NCBI GenBank assembly: GCA_000708835.1 | Contig: DF237362.1 | Location: 1-64,000 of the forward strand | Origin: Klebsormidium nitens | Lineage: Eukaryota > Plantae > Klebsormidiophyceae | Length of the DNA stretch: 64,000 bases | Direction: 5' to 3' | In this document: positions 24,763 to 36,900 of the stretch, piece by piece | How the letters are laid out: the number at the start of each line of letters is the position of its first letter | Position numbering within the stretch: the first letter of the stretch is position 1 | Program-made: the position numbers and the translations under genes | Notes under the pieces: generated by a model | What the model was told of the DNA's origin: nothing | The model's database searches: none | The model's input: only the letters and a program-made list of their open reading frames with translations

Positions 24763-27700
24763 TCACGTCCACCCCAGGTAAGTGTCCAAGAAGGCGACTA
24801 CGCCTAACGACAGGGGATACAACGCCAGGACCGGTGCGGCGGTCCAGAGGGGAAACGTGGTTCGGGACCCGCCCAGAGCGCCCACTGCGAAAGTGGTCAG
24901 CAGAATGACGGTGACTTCGCTGGAGAAGTTCCACGTCAGCGCGCGGAAGTGGACGAGCGCCAAGAAGATGCCCAGGCACACCGTGTTGTTCATCGTGATT
25001 GCGCCGTATACCTGCGCACGAGAGCAGGCAGCCATCGTGGTCAGGGGAGTACGTTAGCTCGACGTGACCCGCAGTTGGTTGGAGACTTCGTCAACACACT
25101 CGCTTCTGATTTTGTTTCGAATCTGGAAGATGGACTCAGGAGATGGGGAGGCAGGAAGTTCTGCCAACTCCGAAGTCCCCTGCTCACTTTACACAATACA
25201 CTTCAGAGGAATGTGTTATGTACGTAAGAGTTCTCTCCTGACTGGACTAGTAGAGTGGAGGGTAGAGTCAACGAGGTCACGCGGCTTCAGCTGGTCCAAG
25301 CCTTACCACCGAAATGTTTGATATCTGGAACTTTCTTGCCAAGTCCTAAGCTCTCTACGAGAGAAGGTCGTTTGAGCCAGCAGATCTTGGATCTGGAGGC
25401 GCCGGTGTGACTTTTTCCGCTTCTTTGGCCGACAATGAAACTTAGAATACTTCGTCGTTTCCGGCTAAGAGCCGTGCTGTTCTCTCATATGGACATGAGC
25501 AGATGAGAGGACGCAAGAATATGACAGAGTTGATGCCCACCTGACTGTACGTCAAGGAGATGTTCCGCTTCCGTTTCTTCTTGGCGAACGTGAGCGACGA
25601 TACCAGCTCGCTGGCGGTGGAGGCGAATGGCGTCACCTGGGAAAGGAGAAGATCGCTTATGAGTTGCATAAAAGTGTTTGCCTAGTGTGGTGACGAGAAG
25701 ATTTCGTAAAGTGCTGCATAAGCGACACGCACTTGATCTGGAGGGGTATTGGCAGATTGCTTTGGCCCTACGCAAGCTACCGAATATAACACCGGTATCA
25801 AGCAGAGTATGGTAAGCACCCTAATCAACATAAAGAGACTTTGGACACAAACAATGACTGTCCGAGCTTCAACCACGCCAAAGCTTTTGGCGATTGTGAA
25901 GGTCCACACCCGTCGGTTGAATCTATCCTGGTGAACCTAACATCCCGAGAAGCCCTCTTGACTCTAAGTACGTTCCACGCACGCGCAAAAGCGCAAAAGA
26001 AGTCCGCGTGTGAAGCGACGGGACGGGATAAAAGGGTCAGAATGGCCCCCCTACAACACGAGGTCGCAAGTGGCGGTGTGTGCAACGCTTCCTCAGCATA
26101 GTATACAGCGAGGCACAGAAAGTGGCGCGCTAATCTGCTCGCATACATATCTCCTGACTAAGACACCTGCCGTGGTGCCACCCTTTTCAGCAATTTCAGA
26201 TTCGTCCTTCTTGACTATTCGCTGGATGAAGCCTTCCATGTTCAGAGTGGATAAATCCCTATTCATAATCACATGAAAAATACAGGGCGGAAGTGTCAGC
26301 CTTTCTCACCACAAAGGCGACGAAGAATGGCGGTATGTTTGACGCTGCCGAGAAGCTCCCAATTGAGTCGACAAGTGGATCCGCAAACACGCCCGCTATG
26401 GCTGCGCCCGCTAGCATCAGCCCCGCGGCCTTGCGGTACACCTGACCCGGCGTCAGCTTCTCCTCTCCCCCCCCCTCCTCCTCCTCGTCTTCGCCACCCC
26501 CCATTTCAGTTTGGAGCAGGTCCCACGTCACCTTGGCCTCAGAGGCTTTTGCGGCCTAGAGAGCCGAGTACTAGAAGTTAGTATGAATTGACTCAGCATC
26601 AAGAATGTCACTCTAGTCAGTCCCATCACGGGTTTTCAAGGGGGCACAGATCAAGCTCAACTGCAAGCTTCGCTGTCTGACCCGCTTCTGAATCCTCTCA
26701 TTCTAACATACTGCAAGGCGGGTATAGAGAAGAGGCTGCAGACGACTGTGTGCCAATCCTTTGCCAGCTTGACCGAGAAGCACTTGAAAGTTGCATCCAA
26801 TGACGTTCTCAAGCAAAGTCTGAGTGACTCTCAGTTTATTCAGGAGTTTCGTATTTGAAAAAGTGCCCCGGAGACGAGCCGGGTTAGTTTGGGTGGTCAG
26901 GGTGAGTTCGGGTGCGGCGCGCATAGACTTGACGGTTAGGATCCTCGAATTAAGACCCGGTAAACTCGAGTCCCTGACGGAATGCTTCTCAACTGAATGG
27001 CAGTTGCCAGTATCTTAACCAGAGGTCCTTGTGGAAGGACGTTTTGCTACCTCTAGATTCAGCAGCAGCAGCAGCACTTTGCAAGATGGACGCAACTCAC
27101 CCAAAACTCTTCGTGCTCTTGCGCTGGCCTGGCAGCGGAGGAAAACGTGGCCCATCTTCGGCTGGCCTTCTGTGACGCTAGCTTCTTGGCCCACCTGCCA
27201 AAGGAAAAGACACCTTAACCAGATACGTAAACTGGTATGATATTCCATCACATTACGGTGTGCTGAGTCCATGCCCGAAGGACGGGTGGAATAGTTCCGG
27301 GGGTTTAGACTGTGTAAGGGTGCGGACATCTGGACTCTGGATTCAGATGTTTGAATTGTCGAGCCGAGGGATCTGATGCAACTCACCGTAGGCCTGATTC
27401 AACTTGATACTGAGACGTGTCTCAATAAGTCACTTCTTATGAAAGCTCGCTCCGAGGACGTCAGTAGGTAGCAGGCCTGCTCAAAGCTGCTCGATCGAAG
27501 AGAGATTGAGAAAGACTGCTTCACGTACCTGCCCATCCCCTCCAGAAACTCGTGCTTGGACAGCTTGCCGTCCTGGTTGACGTCAAAGTCTGCACAGACA
27601 ATCCAGTGCTGATGTCATTCTCAGTAACCGTGCATACTGCGGCCGACATTGAGCAAGGCCCTGCTCGCTCTTTGCTCCGCCTTGAGACATTTTTCTTTTC

Positions 27701-30700
27701 AAGTAACAAAGGAGCTAGTCGTTGCAACAGATTTTGGCCCTTGCATCCTCTTTGCAAATCTTCCAGAATCAGCATGTGTCAGCAGCCGCATCATACACAC
27801 CATGTTTGCGATCATCGACGGCCAAACTCCTTTTGGAAACGCCTTGAGAGATCAAACAGCAATCAGCGAGCAGGCCAAATCCCGAGGTTTAAACCGCACA
27901 GCCTGCCTGACCTTCCATCCAGGTCCGCACTTCCTCTTCTGGGGGCACATCGCCCTCGTATTCAATCCCCAGGCCCAGCATCAGGCCCTCTAGCTCCTTC
28001 CGCTCGAGCAGCCCTGCAGGCAGCACGTGGCAGGCGCTAAGCGAAACACGTGGGAACCTCGTACGGTTTGAAATGATGTGCAGCGACTAGCTCGTGTCAA
28101 TGTGAAAGAGAGATTACCAAAATTCTGCTTTCTTCGAGGGCTGCGACAATGCAAACGGGCTTGAAACGAAGAGGGTTCCAGCATATACGGTGGCTGGTGA
28201 TGACGTCATCGAAAGCAAACTTCTGACTGTGGGTTAGGCCAGATCAGGACCCTCAGCAGTGTCGATCGACGTGCTAAGCAGGACAACATCAGGATGAGCC
28301 CCAGGGAGATTCGAACGGCGTCCCTATTGGAGCACCCCTTACAACCCGTCGAGAAAAGCCATTCGTTTTCTAAGGTGGGCCTAAGAACTGCTATTCCTTG
28401 GTCAGCTGGTGCTTCGTCACGAAAGGAACGGGAAAGAGCAGGTGGATGACGCATCAGCATCTTGCAGCAAGATTTTCCCCGGCCAACCTGGTTGTGCGCG
28501 TCTCACTTCTCCCTGCGCCGCTTACCGTTTTTGTTTCCGTCAAAGTAGGCAAACACTTTCTCTAGTGCCTGTTGGTTTGGTGTCACGCCGTCACCCCGGA
28601 AGAGCCCCCCACGGCCGCCGCCAAAGAGCTTCGAAGCCCGGTTGGACACGCCTTGTAGGGCCCGGGTTCTGTAAGGCAGAGACTTGCGATTAAACCGCTT
28701 CCGTCACCCGTGATTTGAGACCCCAGTTGACCTTGGCTTTGGCTATCGCTCTTGCTTTGGTACAAAGATCTACTGTCGTCGCCGGCTGACAAGAAACCCT
28801 GATTGTTGTTTCCAATGCATTCCTTCCCCTATTTCCAGGAGACGGCCAGATTTTGCAGGCTCCGAGGGAATATCCCGGGCCACGGAGCTAGTTATCCGCT
28901 CACTCTGACCTTCATCTACCTACGGGGACTAAATTACTGTCCCGTACTTGAGTTCCTGACCGGTCAAGCTCGGTCCGGCCGGTGACCATTCCCGCTCTTT
29001 CGAAAGAGCCAAAGGAAAACAGCTCAAAAGTCGCGTTTTTGGTATCTCGCTGTCAGACCAGTTTCCAATCTAACTAAGCCTAGTGAGGTTCATTCGAGAA
29101 ACTAAGCGTCTCCTATGCAGACGCTTAGGAACTCTCGGGCCGCCCAGAAAGAGATATACCGCGAAACGAACGAAAGAGTTGGTAGCTCGGAAGTAGGGGG
29201 TGTTGCAAGGTGGCCTGCTTACTGGAGGAAAGTCAGCCGGGCTTGGTCTATCCGCTTTTGTTGGAGCCACGGGGAGGCCACCTGGCACGAAGACGACGTC
29301 AGCATGAATCAGCAACATCTTAGACTTCGCTTTGAATTCTGCATGCTCTAAGTCTGCTTCTTGTAGTACCTACGAGATCTGCTTGCTTCCTTGCTATTCC
29401 ACTTATTTGGCCCACTCCGTATGTCCTTTTGAGGATTGAAAATCTAGCGGGCGGGTGGAATCGTAACAGCATTCGCCATCTGCATGATGTAGTTCTGGCC
29501 AGAAACGTTGATACGCAGATTGCCACGCTGCATCGATTTCACGAAACATGGGTTAACACTACGCAGCGACAGCTACGCAATTAAGATGATGGCAAATTTC
29601 ACTGCGGAATCCAACTTTCCTCGTTCCTCTGGACACGCGAGTTGCTATCTCCAAACTAAGAAAAGATTGGATGATGACTCCTCTTCTGCATTTGACAAGC
29701 TGCCTCCATAAACACGCCGCCTGTCACCGGACTTGTTTCACGCTGAATTCGGAAGCACTCTATCGGCACGTAGGATACACCAAGAAGTTGCAACCTGCGG
29801 CTTGTACAACGGAAAACTCGTGCACAGGGTTCTTGAAAAGTACAAAAAACGTGACTTTCAGCCAGACCACTTTCGGTTAAATCCCAGACCTGGTATGCGC
29901 AGTAAGCTGCGAGACCCGTGAACGAGATGACGGCTCCGATCGCGGACGCTTCCGGGCCCTGGGCCGGCTGTCCGTCCAGGAGCGGAATCTGGACGACCGC
30001 GAACGGAATGGTGGATGCCATCATGATCCACGCGCCAAACCTGCCGGCAAACAGCGCGTTAGAACGGCATAAGATGGGAGAAAAGGCTGGCGGTTCTTTA
30101 GATGCTCATTCGTGAAACCGGTCAGGTGGTTCATGTTGTACAAAACGCGCACATCCATTGGCGGTTTAACGCTGGTTTCTTTGTTATAAAATCGCGGACC
30201 TAGAAAGGCGGTTGTACGGTACAGGCTTCCGTGTCTGACTGAGGTGGATTTTGCCATGTCGAAGCTTCTTAGAATCGAAGATGCAGGTCTCTTGCTGCGC
30301 GAAACGAATGATCTCGAAGCGAAAGCCGATCTTGAAGCGAAGCCAAGGACCGACCAAATTCGTTGATGGCCGCTCATTATGCAGCGAAGCGCAGTAGCTG
30401 TGTGCTTCGACACCACCTCTCAAACCCTTCCTTGACCTGCATCTCATAGTCGAAGCCCAAACAGAATAGAAGATTGTTCTCTAGACGCTTTCCCTCCGCT
30501 GCAATGCTCTGTTCGCTTGAATCTCCGACCCGCACGTTTCGATCTCCTTGAATCGAACGAAAAGATTACCAAAGCACGTCGTCCCCATAGCCGGACTGGA
30601 TGCCGACCCCATGCAAACTCAGGGCTCTGAAGTATTCTGTCTTGTAGAGAATCGCCATGAAGCAGTCTTTCCATCGTTAGCGCTTAGACAAGACTGCAAA

Positions 30701-33569
30701 AGTTGAAACGAACGACAACCGACACGGAAGAGACTGTTTCAACCTTGCCTAGTTTGCTCGTCGGTGGTGACTCCCGTGCCGGTCAGATCAGACGTCCGGG
30801 TCAGCGTGCGGTCCTTGGCAGTGTTCCCTGGGCCGTCCAGATCGCACCGCCCTGCAATAAGCGAATGGACATTTGAATCATCCAAAGATACTAAAGGCAC
30901 ACTTTAACATTCTTGAATGCAAATTGGCCGATCAGAAGAGGTTTCCTACGAGCCTCAATCAATTCGGTTCTGCGTTATCCTCGTACTTTGAGTGGGTTTT
31001 CGCCTTGTTGACGAGAGGGTAAGGTTCTTCAAACGCCGAAGATCGAGGATCAATCTGCTGTCGTAATAAATTCCACGCAGATGCTGCGTCCATAGGGGGA
31101 TGCTTCGAGAGAAGATGTCCATCCTCGACAGACAGCACGATCATGAGCCGGACCTGGGTGGGAAAGAGATCTGAAACGACCACACAGGTTTGGATATTCG
31201 TGACATTTCCTCCGCTTGACAATTCTAGACGGGGTGTCGTTTCTCTCGCTTGCTGCTACAACAAATCACGGCGCTCAAAATGAACATAGACTGGCAGGCC
31301 CTTCGGTTGTCCTCGTCCCAACAACGAACTGGAGTACACCACACGCTTCTCTACTTGTCAACCATTCAAGAGAAGCAGTGAGGTATGCGTATTTGGACAG
31401 GGGCCTTACCCACGTACAGCGAGCCGGCCCAGGCAACTGTCAGGATCATGATCGTGCTGCCCGCAAGGACGCCCATACCGACCATCACCTGCGCCCACCA
31501 GAAAGGGCGCAGAGGCGATTCGGTCCAGAGAGTCTCTGGAGTTGGAAAGTCTTTATCATTTGAACCTGACGGCGCTGGATAAGCTGTGTCAGATTCCGGA
31601 TGCTCTTGGGTGGTATGCGGAACAAAACTACCGAGTGGAGAAGCGTGTCAGAGGCTGTACCAAAGCTGCAGCCCGTGTTCGTTAGAGTCCTATCGGAATG
31701 TTTGACGATTGTTTGAGGCCACCCTAGTGCTGTCAAGCAGTCAAAGTCGCAAAAGGCCTCTGGATTAAAGTATCGATCCAATTCAGTGACGAGCGTCCCA
31801 GATAAGTGAAAGGGTTCAGAGTTTGTGTCCTCATTTCGAAACGTCAGACTGGCAGTCTCACCTGTTCTTGAGCTTCTGCAGGACTTCCTCCCAGGCCGGA
31901 AACGAGGACGAGCAGTGCGTCGGGAAAGGCGCCCAGGATAGGCAGGACGAGACCTCCAATGATGCCAGGATTCAAGACCTAGAAACGCAGGTAAAAGTGT
32001 TGTGGGCCTAGCTGGAGGCAAGAAAACTCGCGAAATCTAAGTTTGACAGGGCCGATGTGCTTCTACTTGAGCCCTACAGATATCAATTGTCAATAACAGT
32101 AGTACTGGACAGTCAAGGGTGAACGAAAGTCCAGAACCCGGAACACCTAAACTTTCAACGATGAGATCCTGCAACGTTCAGGGACAGGGGAGTTGAGAAG
32201 ACTGTTTGAACACTTCAGAGGTGGTGGTGCGTAACCATGACAAGAGCGTAAATCCCAGTGTGCCTGACAAAACTTTAGGAGATGCTGGCAGCTTGCAGTA
32301 TGTAGCCACGAGAAGAAAGATCTGGAGAGCAAGCAGAGAGTCTGAAACACCTGTTTGCCTCCCTTGTCTGAACTGCAGCGATTCTCAATAGATACTGAGG
32401 TCTATTGATTAGTGAGTACAAGTTACAGATCAAGTTCATGCCACTTTCTCACTTCCAAGAGCAGTTCGCTCCCATCAGATATGAAATTGGCCGCCACGAA
32501 GAGCAGGTAGCCGTAGACGGCCACCAGGAACAAGTTGGGGACGGCCTTTGTGGAGCAGGGAAAGAGGCCGTACGGTTCTTCGCACGCCTTGGGCGCTGCC
32601 TCCGAGACGTCAATGACAAGCTGGGATGCCTCTGCAAAAAAGACACGAAGTTGAGGGAATATCAGCCTGCGAAGAGTCAGAAAGTAAAGCTTCAAAAAGA
32701 TTGATGATGCATTGAGCTTTCAGCGAGCTTACACCTAGTCAAGAGAGTTGATTGCCTTGGGCAAAGAGGTCAAAGAGGCTTCTAGCTGTTTGGCAACAAT
32801 GCCACAAGGGGCTGCGGTCCCTTCTACCTTCTATTAGTGATCCTCATGTCCAATCTTCCAGCAGGTTTCCTTGAACAATTACATTCTACGCTTATTGAAG
32901 GGGACACGTAGAGTGCTGTGATGTGAGAGAAGCTACTATCGCTGAGCGACGGATGCTCCACAGTTTAGCATAGGTGGTCGCTGCCAGTCCTGGTTTGTTG
33001 CGCCCACACGACAATGCAGCCAGGGACGGAGAATTGGACTTACCAGGGCCCTTAATGACACCCCGTTCAAGCAATTCTCTACTATCAGGTCCTTTCATTG
33101 GTGGGGCAGCCATTGCTTCATCCGGATTGCCCAATGCGATTGACAAGCTGAGCGCAATTGCAACGCCCCAGTGAGCAATGCACTTCAACACAGTAGGGGA
33201 TTCATCATGATCCTGATGTAATGAATCCCTTGAACACCGCTGTTCGGCTGATCTAGTGTGCTTGCATCGGCGGGCAACTGAAGCGGTGCGATGGCAAACT
33301 CTAAGAGCCTCAGAAGGCTTGCATGCATAGTTCCTGCCTCCTTGCACTTGACCCACTAGAACTCTGCTACAAAAGGTGCTCGCGTTTCTGGGCTCACTGG
33401 CATATCTGACATGGTGGCTGCCCAGACTTGCTGCGTCTTGAGAAAGACTTGTCTTTGGCAAAACATCAGGAAACAATGCCGTCTTCAGGGTCCAATGAGA
33501 GTTGCCAGCAATGCCAAGAGCTGATCCTTGGATCAATGCAGCCCCGTGGCTGATCAAACAGTGAGCCAT
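24763..33569 (-). CDS. NCL: EF-hand Na+/Ca2+ exchanger-like protein (NCL/EFCAX family), 14 exons, 734 aa, long N-terminal extension
   Basis: Exons 33569-33044, 32631-32453, 31978-31862, 31488-31410, 30851-30749, 30040-29890, 29281-29223, 28668-28526, 28013-27912, 27589-27529, 27194-27101, 26555-26310, 25636-25541, 25011-24763 (2205 nt), all in phase. Family motifs CEEPYGLFPC, GSELLLE, GGLVLPILGAFPD, GVLAGSTIM, TMNNTVCL, LTWNFSSEV; EF-hand loops DGNKNGLLERKE and DVNQDGKLSKHE. Confidence 0.9.
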
Positions 33570-33970
33570 GGCAGCAGGCAGTGCAGATCAGCAACAATGA
33601 GACATGGTGCTGCAGCGAAAGTTAACTTTGTGAGCTAGCCAGATGGAGGGCCATTGCGGTTCTAGAGTTGATCCCTCTCAAACATTGAAACAGGATCAAG
33701 GCAAGCACTGAACAATTTGAATGACATTGACATGTGAGCGAACTTCCTCGCATCAACTCTCATGAGCAACAGGTCCTATCATTATGCCCTCACCTCTGCA
33801 GAGTCTGCAGTCAAGCTGGCACTTTCGTTGTCACGTGGACTCCTGAAGCACTTGACCCGTACGATAAACCACTCGGATCTCGTCGAACGGCGGACAGATA
33901 GCCAACTGTCGCCTTCCATCCATGAGCTTGGGCAATTTGCCAATTTGGCTAGCTGAGGCCTGAATGTCAC
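33570..33970. promoter_or_regulatory. Short (~400 nt) divergent intergenic region, candidate bidirectional promoter for NCL and the DUF4470-MYND gene
   Basis: The two predicted start codons (33569 - and 33971 +) face away from each other; promoter function is inferred only from position. Confidence 0.35.
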
Positions 33971-36900
33971 ATGCCCACGGTTGGAATCCTGGATGAGTCC
34001 CCATGCCCTGCCAAGTTTGGCCAACTTGAAGGCAGCATTGCTATCGAGGAGTGGCGCCCTTCTCTGGACAAGGTTTCTGATTTTTGCAACGACATGGCGG
34101 CCAGACTCCTCCCCTCCGCTGTGCGCCGCATTCTGCTGGAGAACAACCCAATGTGGTACCTCATTGGCAACACGAAAGGCAGAAGTCTGTTGGAGGCGCA
34201 ATGCAAAGAAGCGCCGGCGGTCAGCATTCTCTCTTTGGGCTGCGGTGACATCCGAAACGTGCTTGCAACTGCTGCGGAAGGGATCCCTCGACAGCCAAGT
34301 CCAGCTGTCGCCACCCGTGTGAAGAAATCAGTTGGGGGCGGTTTTACTACTTCTGCTCTGAACTTCCACTTGAATGACATCAATCCAGTGGTCATGGCTC
34401 GTGCGGCGCTCCTGCTTCAGATCTGCGCTTCCATCGAGCCTGACGTCAGCGCCGACCTGGACTTTCTCTGGGCGGTGTGGTACGACATGGCACTGTCGAA
34501 GCCACACCATTGCGCCTACTTTCTGAAATACAGAAGCTACTTGAGGAGAGCGGGAGGGGGCAGCTTGTCAACATCACAAGAGAAGAGGACCGCAGTGCCT
34601 TGGTTCGAATCTGGAGGCAATGGCTGAAGACTTCGGAGCTGCCGTCAGTGCATGCCGTGAAGCAGGAGCGGCGCGCAAACTTGCTCAGAAACCTGGAGCG
34701 GGTGGGGGCCCAAGGGAAGGGGCAACTCGATCCCCCCAGCATGATGCGTCAGGCGATGCCGCTTCTCAGGCCCCAGAAAGAGCAGGACGAGCTGATTGAC
34801 GGTTGTGGGACCTCAATGGCAATGCTGGTTTTCGAGGGGCTGGGTGAGAGGAACGGCGCCTTGGAGCGCCGAGCTGTGAATGAATGTCGAGAGTATTTTC
34901 AGACGGGGAGCACAGCGGGAGAGCTGGAGAGGCCCTTTCTCAACCCGACGCTGCTCGATCCCGAAACTCGAGCCTGGCACGTGCATTACGGTTCGTGCCC
35001 CTTCCTTGCGTATTTCCCGCTAGGTGCCAAGTCAATGGAAGAAGCACAGAAGCGAGCGCTCCATGGACAATATTTGGTGACCTTGTGCAAGGGACATCTG
35101 AAGGCGCAGGTGACGGGATTTCAGGCCTGGGGGGAGAGCCTGAGGGTCTGGCTGTGGCCGGGGGACGCGATCAAGCTCTGCCTGTACGAGATGCCAGGTG
35201 TTGCAGAGTTTGACGCCATCGACACGTCCAATCTGAGCGACCATGTGGGGCTGCTGAACCTGCTAGTGGGCGCCGCACCCTTGCTGAAACGGTAAGCCGC
35301 CCCAGACTGCACTTCTGAATACACCTTGTTCTGGGTGACTTTGCTGACGGAGAATGTTGTTTCTAACTGTGGAAGGAAAAGGCGAGGGAGATGCTAACCA
35401 AGGGCAATGACACTCTGGGCCTCACTTTGGTCGGAACAACTCGGCCAGTGAGGATGACTGCCATTCTCCCTGTGCCTTCATTTCCAAGACCCTGGCCGTT
35501 TAGCCAAATGATCTGATTGGCTGCATGCTAACATGGAATTGATCTTTCAACTCTATTTGAGTGTGGCTTGGTTATCTTGGGTGCATGCCTTTGTTGCTGA
35601 TCGTGTCGAGCACTCCGTTGCGGGTAGGCCAATTGTAAGCTGCTTCCCGGCCATCACAGCTCAATGATCCAGTCTTCCTGGAAGAGTACAGGTTGTAATT
35701 ACCCTAAGCTGGCAGCAACGAGAATTCGTATCAAGCACAACTTGCCTCCTGTGATATCTCCATCTCTTCATTTTCATTTTTCCGTTTTATTCCTGACAAA
35801 AGGCCATTCGTAAGCAGTTTCTCCAATGCACCTACAGGTCTTCCAACTCCGGCCTGTACACCGCCTCAATCACATGGCCTGCTGCCGCCTCCACCTTTCC
35901 GGATTACCTGGACCTCGCTCTGAGTTTCCCCCCTGAGATGGCGCCTTCCATCCTCGGGTTAAGGCTCGTGACTGACCTTCCAGATGGGGAGCCATGTCCC
36001 CCCAACTCTAGCCACTCGCTTAGGTATGGTGGGCACCTCCGTCGACGAGCAGATCCTTGAGTGGGCTGTCCCTGAGCTGCCACGTGGCAAGACCCGATTG
36101 GGCAACGCAACAACCCGACTCAAGCTGCTCTCGGAAACAGATCCAGCGATCGAAGCATTGGGACCGCTGCCGGCGCCCTGCGGAGTCGGCGCATCGCTCG
36201 GTGGTGTCTACAGAATGTGCTGCCCAAAGATCGTGGTCACAAAAGAAGCGGGCAGCGCCAGCTGTGCTTTGGACGCGGTGACGCCACTGACAGCTGTCCT
36301 CAATCTCCAGCGCATGGCGGAGCGGAGGGTCCTTGAACAGGCTTCTGCACTTGAAGCGCAGACTTTTCTGAGCGCAGAGGAGTTTGGTGACACGCATCAA
36401 TTGTTCCAACTAGGATGGGACACCCTCCAAGCGACTCTGACTCTGCAGAAAGAAAAGGCTAGCGACAAGGGTTTGGCTTCAGAAGCAGGGCCGTCGCCAT
36501 CTGTTACGGTCTTTGAGTCTTTGATGGACAAAGACCTCCTAAGCAGCATGTTCCACGGAGTCACCAGAAGCATGCCGATGCTGCGTCTCATTCTCGTGGA
36601 GAAGCTCCCCCGCCTCAAGGACTCAGCCAGTTTGGCCCCCCTCCTCTTAAATGCTCTTAAGTCCGACTCCAACACGCGCTCACTTCACATACTGGACAGC
36701 TTTGTTCTCGACAGTGACGAGCCCCGCCTGTCGTTTCTCCTGAAGTCGGACCATGGGCTGAAAGCTGAGGACACGTGGGCAGTCATTGCGGACATTCACA
36801 GCCTGCTTCCGCTGTACGCACCGAAGAAACTGTCGGACTTCCGGACGTGTGCTTTCGAGCTTGGGTCGGAGGGACTCAGCTCTGCGCAGAGTGTGGGAGC

